A stretch of DNA of 64,000 nt from Haliotis rubra (lineage: Eukaryota): assembly GCF_003918875.1 (NCBI RefSeq), contig NW_025765436.1, positions 1,178,001 to 1,242,000 on the forward strand. The letters run 5' to 3'. Below the pieces are notes generated by a model. The model searched no databases and was not told the DNA's origin. It was given only the letters and a program-made list of their open reading frames with translations. Numbering within the stretch: the first letter of the stretch is position 1; each line of letters starts with the position of its first letter. The translations under genes were made by a program, and so were the position numbers. Of this stretch, positions 39,298-49,537 are shown piece after piece.

Positions 39298-39729
39298 ATA
39301 GGCATTTTCATCTGATTGTCTGTTGCAGGAGGATAAACTTGGAACATGTAAAGCACATCAAACACTAGAGGCCAGTTTATTTCAAACAGATCAGTTGTAA
39401 GGGTAGTCTTATCTATTTAGGACATTGAAAACACACTACCGAAAGATTGTTGTGGGAACTTTGACAGCACTGATTCACTTGCTGAAGGGCAGATAATCTG
39501 TATTTCACTGTGGTTTATTGAATATCATCTATGTGGATAATATTGAGACGATAAGACAGAGGTTAGTGGACAATGGAGAATTGTGCTGAAGAGGAATTAA
39601 CAGTAGAGATTATCAACACAACACTGGGTGAACACTTGGATCTAATCCACCGTGGAACATTGATGGATCCCAATCTTGAGTTGCAATATTTCAGTTACCT
39701 GCCATGTAGGATAGATCCCCAATGTCAGT

Positions 39730-41040
39730 GTCATAGGTGTGAACACAAGCTCCCCTACTGGTCAGTGGACAGGTCATAGGTGTGAACACAAGCTCCCCTA
39801 CTGGTCAGTGGACAGGTCATATGTGTGAACACAAGCTCCCCTACTGGTCAGTGGACAGGTCATAAATGTAAACACAGCTCCCCTACAGGTCAGCAGACAG
39901 GTCATAGGTGTGAACACAACTCCCCTACAGGTCACAGGACAGGTCATAGGTGTGAACACAGCTCCCCTACAGGTCACAGGACAGGTCATAGGTGTGAACA
40001 CAAGCTCCCCTACAGGTCAGTGGACAGGTCATAGATGTGAACACAGCTCCCCTCCTGATCAGTGGACAGGTCATAGGTGTGAACACAGCTCCCCTACAGG
40101 TCACAGGACAGGTCATAGGTGTGAACACAAGCTCCCCTACAGGTCAGTGGACAGGTCATAGATGTGAACACAGCTCCCCTCCTGATCAGTGGACAGGTCA
40201 TAGGTGTGAACACAGCTCCCCTACTGGTCAGTGGACAGGTCATAGGTGTGAACACAAGCTCCCCTACTGGTCAGTGCACAGGTCATAGGTGTGAACACAG
40301 CTCCCCTACTGGTCAGTGCACAGGTCATAGATGTGAACACAGCTCCCTACTGGTCAGTGGACAGGTCATAGATGTGAACACAGCTCCCCTATAGGTCACA
40401 GGACAGTTGATAGATGTGAACACAGCTCCCCTACTGGTCAGTGGACAGGTCATAGGTGTGAACACAGATCCCCTACAGGTCAGCGGACAGGTCATAGGTG
40501 TGAACACAGCTCCCCTACAGGTCACAGGACAGGTCATAGGTGTGAACACAGCTCCCCTACAGGTCACAGGACAGGTCATAGATGTGAACACAGCTCCCCT
40601 ACAGGTCACAGGACAGGTCATACGTGTGAACACAGCTCCCCTACAGGTCACAGGACAGGTCATAGGTGTGAACACAGCTTCCCTACAGGTCATAGGTGTG
40701 AACACAGCTCCCTTACAGGTCACAGGACAGGTCATACGTGTGAACACAGCTCCCCTACAGGTCACAGGACAGGTCATAGATGTGAACACAGCTCCCCTAC
40801 AGGTCACAGGACAGGTCATACGTGTGAACACAGCTCTCCTACAGGTCACAGGACAGGTCATAGGTGTGAACACAGCTCCCCTACTGGTCAGTGGACAGGT
40901 CATAGGTGTGAACACAGCTCCCCTACAGGTCAGTGCACAGGTCATAGGTGTGAACACAGCTCCCCTACTGGTCAGTGGACAGGTCATAGGTGTGAACAAA
41001 GCTCCCCTACAGGTCAGTGGACAGGTCATAGATGTGAACC
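39730..41040. repeat. 42/43-bp minisatellite, ~31 units
   Basis: GTCATAGGTGTGAACACAGCTCCCCTACAGGTCACAGGACAG periodicity. Confidence 0.95.
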
Positions 41041-41170
41041 TCTTGAGAACCTCACAAGCACTGACAAGACAGCAATGATAATTCGCGGATGTCTGATTTA
41101 ATAAAATGGTGTCCTGGCCAAGCTAAGGGATAAAACTCTGCACATAAGATATCAATAAGACATGACGCAC

Positions 41171-41253
41171 CTGACCCTGAACGCTTTGACAGTTGATAAA
41201 TTCAATGGAAGACACAACGTCATCAAACACCACAGCACTCTTCTTGCAGCCAT
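41171..41253 (-). CDS. CAP: CAP exon (DGCKKSAVVFDDVVSSIEFINCQSVQGQ)
   Basis: tttcag/gtgcgt, 83 nt, phase 1-0. Confidence 0.95.
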
Positions 41254-41462
41254 CTGAAACAGATATGTCAGAACAAACTGTTATATAACATTCACTGAAC
41301 AGACTCTGATGCCAGCAGTCACTTGTTGGATTGTCAATCAGGAGATACATTACTAGGTTCCTTGTTATATATCAACCAATCAGGAAGAAACGTCAGTTTT
41401 AGAAAGAAAAAAAACCAGGTGTAAATTTACTGATTATGTGTTATATGACCAGTGCTACTCAC

Positions 41463-41586
41463 CAAGCAAGATGGAGTTGACCTTGCCCTTGACACTGATG
41501 GTGCTGCCAACACATTTGTAGATGTACACCACCTGCTTGGACTGCGTATTGTCAATGACGATGTCCTTGTTGTTGTTGTGGTATTC
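41463..41586 (-). CDS. CAP: CAP exon (EYHNNNKDIVIDNTQSKQVVYIYKCVGSTISVKGKVNSILL)
   Basis: tttcag/gtgagt, 124 nt, phase 0-1. Confidence 0.95.
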
Positions 41587-41644
41587 CTGAAATACACGGA
41601 CATGGGTTCAGATACAGTCAGTTATGGACAGTAAAACAACTTAC

Positions 41645-41890
41645 AGGAGTAGTCTGCCCCATGAAAGGTCTGCCCCTGGAGTAGTCTGCCCCAGGAGTAG
41701 TCTACCCCAGGAGTAATCTGCCCCTGGAGAAGTTCTACCCCAGGAGTAGTCTACCCCTGGAGAAGTTTACCCCAGGAGTAGTCTGCCCCTGGAAAAGTCT
41801 ACCCCAGGAGTAGTCTGCCCCTGGAAAAGTCTACCGCAGGAGTAGTCTGCCCCTGGAGTAGTCTGCCCCAGGAGAAGTCTACCCCAGGAT
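41645..41890. repeat. 16-17-bp tandem repeat (CCCCAGGAGTAGTCTG)
   Basis: Direct periodicity. Confidence 0.9.
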
Positions 41891-42504
41891 AGAAATGTCC
41901 TTTAGTCAGGTGGAAGTATTCTTCTATTATGACAATGGTCTCCTCCATACTGGCTAATGCTGGGAATATGTTTAGTATATCTATGTTGGTGCTGATGATT
42001 GAGATCATATCCCTGTCTAGTCTGAGGCACCTCTACCTCAGCACCTTCACATAGTGTGCTTCATGCAGCTTTGAGTGAGTTAGTTTGGTTTAAAGGTACT
42101 TTGGACAGATCTCCATTGCATGCCATGACATGTCAGCTTGATGTTGAGATGCCTGAAGGGATGAGTTCAGTAGATGTTAACAACTTTCGTAAAAACCCAT
42201 GAGCTTGGGTATGGTGCAGACAAACCTAGAAATATGATTGGAGCAAACTCAGAATCGAACAAATGCTCCTTAGGTCTCCAGCATGTCCAAGGGGTACAAT
42301 TGTGCACAGATAATTACGAAACCTTAGGCAACAGCACCCCTGGAGCACAGTGAAGCATTGAAAAGTAATTATTGACAATTACAGCATGTCAGTAAATATA
42401 TAATGTAACTAAATGCAATACCTCAGCTACCCTGAAATCTCATACAAGATCATGTCAAGTGTAGTGGTAGTTTACAGCCACACTTGGCAATACTTCTTTG
42501 ATGG

Positions 42505-42625
42505 GCATTTTAGAAGTTGAGTTGAAGAATGATGACAATTTTTATGCATACACAACTTCTTTTATTCTGTGAAGGGCGATGTTTCGACATAGATTCAAAT
42601 GTCGTTGTCAAGCAAGTGATACATG
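42505..42625 (-). mobile_element. Probable Penelope-like element terminal remnant with hammerhead-like motif
   Basis: TTGACAA-C-GACAT(loop)ATGTC-GAAAC followed by AATAAA; related fragment at ~33660-33710. Confidence 0.45.
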
Positions 42626-42789
42626 AGAAACAAATACAACAAGCATTGTCACTAAGGTGACATAATCCCCAGCCGCAAATTATCAAATCAAACTTATAAA
42701 GTAATGAAAGTTTAAGATGAAGTTAAATGTCAACAAAAACATGACTAATCAACCTCTCTTGATAACTGGCTAAACAAGCGGCGGGGGAT

Positions 42790-43436
42790 AATGACCCACT
42801 TCTTGTCCTGGAGTAGGGTATGGAGGACCTGTACTGAGATTCCCCAAGGGGGTTGTCTGTGGTAATGAGTGATATATATCTAACAGTACTCACAATGACC
42901 CACTTCTTGTCCTGGAGTCGGGTATGAAGGACCTGTACTGAGATTCCCAGAGGGGTTTGTTTGTGGTAATGAGTGATATATATCTAACAGTACTCACAAT
43001 GACCCACTTCTTGTCCTGGAGTCGGGTACGAAGGACCTGTACTGAGATTCCCAGAGGGGTTTGTTTGTGGTAATGAGTGATATATATCTAACAGTACTCA
43101 CAATGACCCACTTCTTGTCCTGGAGACGGGTATGAAGGACCTGTACTGAGATTCCCCAAGGGGATTGTTTCTGGTAATGAGTGATCTAACAGTACTCACA
43201 ACGACCCACTTCTTGTCCTGGAGTTGGGTATGAAGGACCTGTACTGAGATTCCCAGAGGGGTTTGTTTGTGGTAATGAGTGATATATATCTAACATTACT
43301 CACAACGACCCACTTCTTGTCCTGGAGACGGGTATGAAGGACCTGTACTGAGATTCCCCGAGGGGGTTGTTTGTGGTAATGAGTGATATATATCTAACAG
43401 TACTCACAACGACCCACTTCTTGTCCTGGAGTTGGG
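42790..43436 (-). repeat. 104-bp tandem repeat (6 extra copies) spanning the CAP exon 3' end and 5' splice site
   Basis: Copies of exon end at 42790, 42894, 42998, 43102, 43200 and 43304; true exon end at 43408. Confidence 0.95.
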
Positions 43437-43586
43437 TGAGAGGAGGCCTGGATACAGCTGCAGGGGCGACCTTGGCCTCGGGCTTGGGTGCTGGCTTAGG
43501 AGGACCTACAGCCTTGAATGGGGCGGGGCCCTGTCTCAGGGCAGGGTTCTTGTGGGTCTTCATATCATCAGAGACCTTCTTCAAAC
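43408..43586 (-). CDS. CAP: CAP exon (GLKKVSDDMKTHKNPALR...LQDKKWVV)
   Basis: ttttcag/gtgagt, 179 nt, phase 1-0; WH2 LKKV motif and second proline-rich region. Confidence 0.95.
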
Positions 43587-44680
43587 CTGAAAACAAACAT
43601 ATCCTTTTAAAAACATTTACACATCAACACCACGAGGTCCGCACCAACACCATGATGTACAGAGTTTCCAGACTGATGTGAACAATCACAGTTCAAGTCA
43701 CCATTTCAGGTGATATATCAACTGATGCTCCAGATATGATAGATATAGACCATATCCAAGCTCCCATAAAAGCAACCTTAACTTTTAACCTATAACCATA
43801 ACTGCTGATAACACATGCATTCAAAAGGAACACAAAAACAACCTACAATCTGTGTTTAACGCCCACACATGGCTCAAAGTATAAGGAAGGCCTAGAAAGA
43901 CATGAAGACAAATACTTGGTGTTGTGAGGGTCTGGGTGACATTACCTGTGTGCCCAAGCTGTGATGGGAAGTACAATGCTTATGACTTAGTATAGTTCCT
44001 GCTGTAAGCTTACACATAAGGAGGAAACTGATAAAAGCTTGCTGTGGTCAGAGGCGGCCAGGATCGGCAGCAGGTGACTTAAGGACAATCCATACACAAG
44101 GAGTGGGAGCACATCTCATGGCCTGCCTGTATTTGATATAACACGTTGTCTTGTCAGCTCGGTGTTACATGCTCTGCTATTAGCGTCGTGTAAACATAGC
44201 AGGCAGCTGGCAGACGTTATACCGTATACCCCAAACAAGGACTGTCAATATGGCATAGGACAACCACCATTTGGAGAGAGTCGGCAAGACGTTTTCTCTA
44301 TGCTGGCTTAATTACTACTAATGGGAAGGGGCATTAATGTTAAACAGTATCTGATGATGAATGTATAGTCTAGCATTTCTAGTTAGTTAATATACTTTAT
44401 TGGTACCTGCATTTGCTGTCAACCTCTGGTTTACAGGGTGAATATCTGATGGATTGATACTAAAGATCATTGCAGTTTACATTGGCGATTTGCAACTGAC
44501 CTCCCATCCATTGTAACCATCAAATCCACAAGTCAACACGCATCTTTGACCAGCACTCCATACAGTATCTACATGACACCACTTTTACCAATATTCCAGC
44601 AATATCACAGTAGGGGACATGGCGTGATAAGTGAACATTTTAACAACTAGACTACCCCTCCACTCCGTGTCCACATGAGG

Positions 44681-45060
44681 TATAGGACAGAGAGGATATT
44701 ATATGAGGGCCCATACCATACTATGTTTACTACATGCGTGCCTAAATGTTGGTATTTCCCGAAGCGAGAGCGAGTGATATACCGATATTTAGGCACGAGT
44801 GTCGTAAACATAGTATGATATGGCCACGAACATAATATTCTGTCTATTAACGAAGTCGTCAAATTGAGGAAAATAAACCCAAATCTACTTTCAAACATAG
44901 GCTACCCGCCGTCGCCGCATGTAGAACGCAACGTCATAGAAGAAACATGACGTCATAGCATTGTTCATGGTGTCACATCACCATGGCAAAGTGATATTTT
45001 GCCCTAGGGCATCATATGAAAAATATGAACCCCCGATATTTTCACCCTTGTAGGTAATAA
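44681..45060. mobile_element. Non-autonomous element with ~165-bp terminal hairpin (possibly Crypton-type)
   Basis: Long imperfect palindrome 44682-44848, CpG-rich relative to flanks; family assignment is inference. Confidence 0.5.
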
Positions 45061-45074
45061 ACCACATTAATACA

Positions 45075-45230
45075 CTGAGTTTAGTTTTACACCGATTTTA
45101 GCAATATTCCAGCAATATCACGGCGGAGGACACCAGAAATGGGCTTCACACATTGCATCCATGTGGGGAATCGAACCCGGGTCTTCGGCATGACGAGAAA
45201 ATGCTTTAACCACTTGACTACCCCTCCACC
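45075..45230 (-). mobile_element. Family A SINE
   Basis: A/B boxes and shared body. Confidence 0.85.
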
Positions 45231-45872
45231 CAGTGTCCACATGAGATATTGGACACCACATTAACACAGCAATAACCTGTATGGATATAATCCACATAGT
45301 CACATGACTTTGTGTGGCAACTAAAGTGAAAGCTGAAGCAAACAGCAAAATGTCAACAGATAAGTAAAATGAGTTGAGTTTCCCTGAGGTGAACACTCCA
45401 CTCTCAAAACTTCGCCAAACAAACACCCAGGGTTAAGATGTTCCAGGTCATTCTTGAACACACAATCTTGAATGGACAGAAAGGTCCATACACTTCTCAT
45501 ACACTTACGCACAGAGAATAAGGAATGTATTCACAGAAACAAATACTTGGACACTAACCACGAAAAACTGTTCTGGAGTCATTTGGTGACAGTGATTGAG
45601 AAAGCCATTTGAAAACAGGTTCGAGCATGTTGCTTCGAATGAAGGATGCAAACATTTTTTTTTTTCAGAATGAAATACATGTCACCCTTAGGAGAAAAGG
45701 TCAAGTAGCTACTTAAGTAATGATGTAATGAAAACAAGCCTGACCTTTTAACCTGTTTCAAATTCTAGGCACCTCTTCAACGTTAAATCACATATATATA
45801 ATTTAATCTGAGTTCCCATTTTACTCAGTAAATTATATGAAAACACAGTTGTAATCAGTCCCAGGATAAGTA

Positions 45873-46027
45873 GTGAGTGAGTATGGTCTTACAATGCGTT
45901 TAGCAATATTCCTGCAATATCACGTCAGGGACACCAGAAATGGGCTTCACACATTGCACCCATGTGGGGAATTGAACCCGGGTCTTCAGCATGATGAGTG
46001 AATGCTTTAACCACTAGGCTGCCCCAC
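45873..46027 (-). mobile_element. Family A SINE, TSD CAGGATAAGTA
   Basis: Body plus 11-bp TSD. Confidence 0.85.
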
Positions 46028-46150
46028 AGGATAAGTAAGAATATGAAATAGTTACAGTCACATATAACCACTCAGCTGACTGAGTTAACATCTAAGTCCA
46101 TCAACAGTTCTATTATGATGTTATTCTCGACCCCGACTGAATGTAGTGAT

Positions 46151-46205
46151 TGAGTGAGTTAATATTTAACATCACATCGGCAATATCTCAGCCATATCGT
46201 GACGA
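46151..46205 (-). mobile_element. Severely 5'-truncated retroposon 3' end, TSD GAATGTAGTGAT
   Basis: Tail related to the SINE 3' ends; 12-bp flanking duplication. Confidence 0.65.
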
Positions 46206-46238
46206 GAATGTAGTGATGATGATGGGACAGTGACTTAC

Positions 46239-46259
46239 CCCTGACATGGACGCTGTCGT
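46239..46259 (-). CDS. Candidate CAP microexon (DDSVHVR)
   Basis: cttccctgttgttgtcag / GGG|gtaagt, 21 nt, frame-preserving in a phase-1 intron. Confidence 0.35.
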
Positions 46260-47632
46260 CTGACAACAACAGGGAAGTGACTCGCAACAGCGGAAACACT
46301 TACAACTACTCGTGTGGCCAGCGTACTGCTACGCTGCTACAGGACATTTGAAAACTTAACTTTGAACTTCTCAAGGATTTGCAATGTTTCCAAGTTCTGC
46401 ACAGCTGGTCAAATAAATTCTTTGAAATAATTCAAACATTCTATTGTGGGCACATATTTACTTAAAGTGTGAAAAGGATGTTACAGTAATTACAGTGTTT
46501 AACTGTAGCATTTTATTTTTCAGCTAAATATGTGATGATCAATCAAAATGTTTTAGAAACATGAAAAAAGCCTGTGTGATATTTGGGAATTCATAAAAAT
46601 GACAAGTTACTGTCTGTTTGTATATATTAACATGCACGAGAACTTTCCTATAAATAGGATTATGAGTACTTCCTCGATTTGTCATACATCCTTCTCAATA
46701 ATGTCCTCATTGAAACTCACTCCTATCTTATACATGTATATATAGTTCCAATTTTTCATCAGTCTTGATCAAGATTATCTATGTGAAAAGTCCTGAAAGT
46801 TTAGATATCTGTATTTCCAGTTTAATCTCAAATTCAAAGCAATATTTGGTGTTTGCCTATTTTAAAGTAGCCTCATTTCCACATAAAACATTTACTTGCT
46901 TTCTTTTCTGAATGAAATGAATGAATTACAAAATATTAATGCTGATTGAAAGTATTCTGAACTTGGATAATGTTTTTGTTAAGATGTTTTACAGAATATT
47001 TTTGGTAACACAGAGCGGACATATTATGTAAACTTTACATCTTGGAGTAATGGCCCAAAACAAATTTAGATTTAGTATTTCAGTATATAATGATCACGCA
47101 ATAATCTTGTACTTCAAGTCATGCCATAACATGTAGATCTTATACAACTTGATAGGAATTTACTATGGAACCATTTAGAAAGCATCACACATCAGAAAAC
47201 AGAAAATGGGGAAAGAAAGAGAAGAAATTAATATATACAGATATATATGATTATGCGTGATGGAAAAGCATCTAGTTTTGTAAGAGTAAGATCACTGAAC
47301 AAAAAAAGCATTTTTTCAAATTCCAGAAAGCTTTCAAGAACATTCGTCTCCTTGTCATCAGCATGTGAATGAGGTGTGCACCTTTATGTCACCACATGCA
47401 AGGTGTGCACAGGTAGAGGGTCAAGCAGAGGCTGAGGCAAGCTGCATGTTTACCTAGCCTTCTCCGTTTACTGTTACCTGCACTTCTTGTGATTCAGGTA
47501 ATTAGACCACTGCAGGGAAACGACACAGCGCTGTGCTGAACCAGTTTATCTGGACAGGTTTAATCAAATGGGGACTACATAAACATACCTGATATTCATG
47601 TAACATAGATGGACTCTATTGGTATGGGTGAC

Positions 47633-47795
47633 AGTGAGTTTAGTTTAGTTTTATGCTGCTTTTAGCAATATTCCAGCAATATCACGTCAGGGGACACCAG
47701 AAATGGGGTTCATACATTGTACCCATTTGGGAATTGAACCCAGGTCTTCAGCATGATGAGAGTATGCTTTAACCACTAGGCTACACCACCGTCCC
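47633..47795 (-). mobile_element. Family A SINE
   Basis: Shared body and head. Confidence 0.85.
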
Positions 47796-48008
47796 TTGTA
47801 ACACTGAGACAGTGGCCCTTTGACTACTTCACTTGGTTTGATTGTTGGGATTTATTATGGGGTGATCAAAATACGTCTATTGTTTGTTCTTTAATGACAC
47901 ATTCAGCAACAATCCAGCTACATGAGAGGGACCTGTTTTTAATCAAGTCTAGACCAGACAAATTAATGATTGATAATAGCAGGGCTGATCCATGCTGTCA
48001 GGATACTC

Positions 48009-48480
48009 TGAGTGAGTTGTCTTTTACACCAGTTCTAGCAATCTTCCACCACTATCAATGCAGGGGACACCAGAAATGGGCTTCACACATTGTACCCATG
48101 TGGGAATCAAACCTGGGTCTTCTGTCTGATGAGGTGAGGTGAGGTGAGATTGGGTTTAACGTTGTGCTTGAGAATATTTCGCTCATATGACGACGTGCAT
48201 GCGTGTGTATGTGTAGGTGCGGCTGCTTGTACTAGCCCAGACTAAAGCTGGTTTTATAGTGCTAGCCCACTGAGATACCATGCCGCAGTGAAGCATGAAT
48301 ACCCCACTCAGACACATTATACTGACTCTGAGCCGACCAGTCCTTGTTGTACCCATTAATGCTGAGCGCCAGGCAGGGACCAACAAGTACCATATTTTAA
48401 CGTCTTTTGGTATGACGCGGTCGGGGATCGAACCCGACCTTCTGTCTGATGAGGGAACACTGTAACTGTTAAGCTACCCC
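48009..48480 (-). mobile_element. Family A SINE split by nested insertion
   Basis: Body 48009-48134 resumes at 48455. Confidence 0.7.
48135..48438 (-). mobile_element. Family C SINE (Meta/MESC-like central domain), 5'-truncated, 16-bp TSD CTTCTGTCTGATGAGG
   Basis: B box GGTTCGATCCC, ggtacttgttg...gactggtcggctcagagtcagtataatgtgtc core, TSD at 48119-48134 and 48439-48454. Confidence 0.8.
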
Positions 48481-48696
48481 AGGGTACCTTGACACACCAT
48501 CATAATGCAAAACTAATTTTTTGTAATTGTATTGAACTATGAAAATACAAAAAAAGCATACATTATTACAGTATTAACGTTAAAACTTTGAAGTTTAAGC
48601 GAACTGTTTTCCATATCCTTTAAACTTTGTTCTGTCACGGGTGGAGAGGTTAGAAAGTAATAATAACAATTAAAATTGTAAAACAAAGGAGGTAGT

Positions 48697-49100
48697 ACAG
48701 GTACTACAGATATGTACCCCAGGTACGTTTGTACCCTAAATGTACAGTAATGTACCCTAAACAAAGTCAAAATACAGAAACGTACCCGGCACCTTACACG
48801 GACGACGAGTCCCTATTTCGCAACCCAAAACCGAAACCGTATGTAGTTGTTCCCGTTCAACTGACTGCAAATTTTATTGTGCTCTGCGAAATATTCGTTA
48901 CTGCATATGGTCGTTTCTTATAGAACGCAATCAAATCTAATTACAACCGTATGACAGTTCCAATCAAGAAAACAACAACACAATGGAATCATCCAAGGGT
49001 ACGTTTCTGTATTCCGATTTTGGCCTGGTACTTTTCTGTATATAGAAACGTACCTGGGTACACATCTGTAGTACCAGTGCCGACAACGTCCCCTTCAGCG
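48697..49100. mobile_element. Long-TIR MITE, left end truncated
   Basis: GGTACTACAGATATGTACCCCAGGTACGTTT inverted at the other end; homologous to 56244-56670. Confidence 0.85.
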
Positions 49101-49113
49101 TAAGTACACTCAC

Positions 49114-49294
49114 CTTTTGTGATATCTGTTCCCCTGTTGAGCTGACTGAACAGGGCAGCTCGTTCTTGTTCAGAGCCACCCCCTGCTGGGGCGGAGTCAA
49201 CAGGTGCTGGAGGAGGTGGAGGAGGGGGGCCAGGAGGGGGTGGTGGTGGTGCACCTCCCCTGGCTGGGGCAGCTACAGCACTAGCATCTCCTCC
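49114..49294 (-). CDS. CAP: CAP exon (polyproline P1 + WH2 helix)
   Basis: ttacag/gtgagt, 181 nt, phase 0-1, PPPPPPGPPPPPPP and RAALFSQLNRGTDITK. Confidence 0.95.
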
Positions 49295-49373
49295 CTGTAA
49301 TAAACACAAAACATTATGTTTCTGTTGGTTTTCAGTAATTTACATAAACTATAGGAGCATTAAGTGAGCAGTA

Positions 49374-49537
49374 GTGTGAGTGAGTATGGTTTTACGCCGC
49401 TTTTAGCAATATTCCAGCAATATCATGTCCGGGACACCAGAAATGGGCTTCACACATTGTATCCATGTGGGGAATCAAACCTGGGTCTTTGGTGTGACGA
49501 AGTGAACGCTTTAACCACTAGGCTACACCACCGCCCC
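49374..49537 (-). mobile_element. Family A SINE, TSD TTAAGTGAGYAGTA
   Basis: Body plus near-perfect TSD. Confidence 0.85.

Larger units (their letters stand above)
36012..49294 (-). other. CAP: Adenylyl cyclase-associated protein gene, 3' six coding exons
   Basis: Polyproline, WH2 (ALFSQLNRG...GLKKV), KTHKNPALR, and CARP motifs KGKVNSI, IDKTDGC, IVTAKSSELN, EFALPEQFKS; all splice phases join. Confidence 0.97.

Noticed and set aside
39798-41078. 223- and 234-aa ORFs with 14-aa repeats resembling a beta-solenoid
   Set aside because: 42-bp intronic minisatellite, open on both strands and broken by 43-bp variant units.
47450-47520. Acceptor/donor pair in the CAP intron (tttccctgcag…CAG|gtaaca)
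   Set aside because: Gives an immediate TAA in the required phase 1; could only be a poison exon, with no further support.
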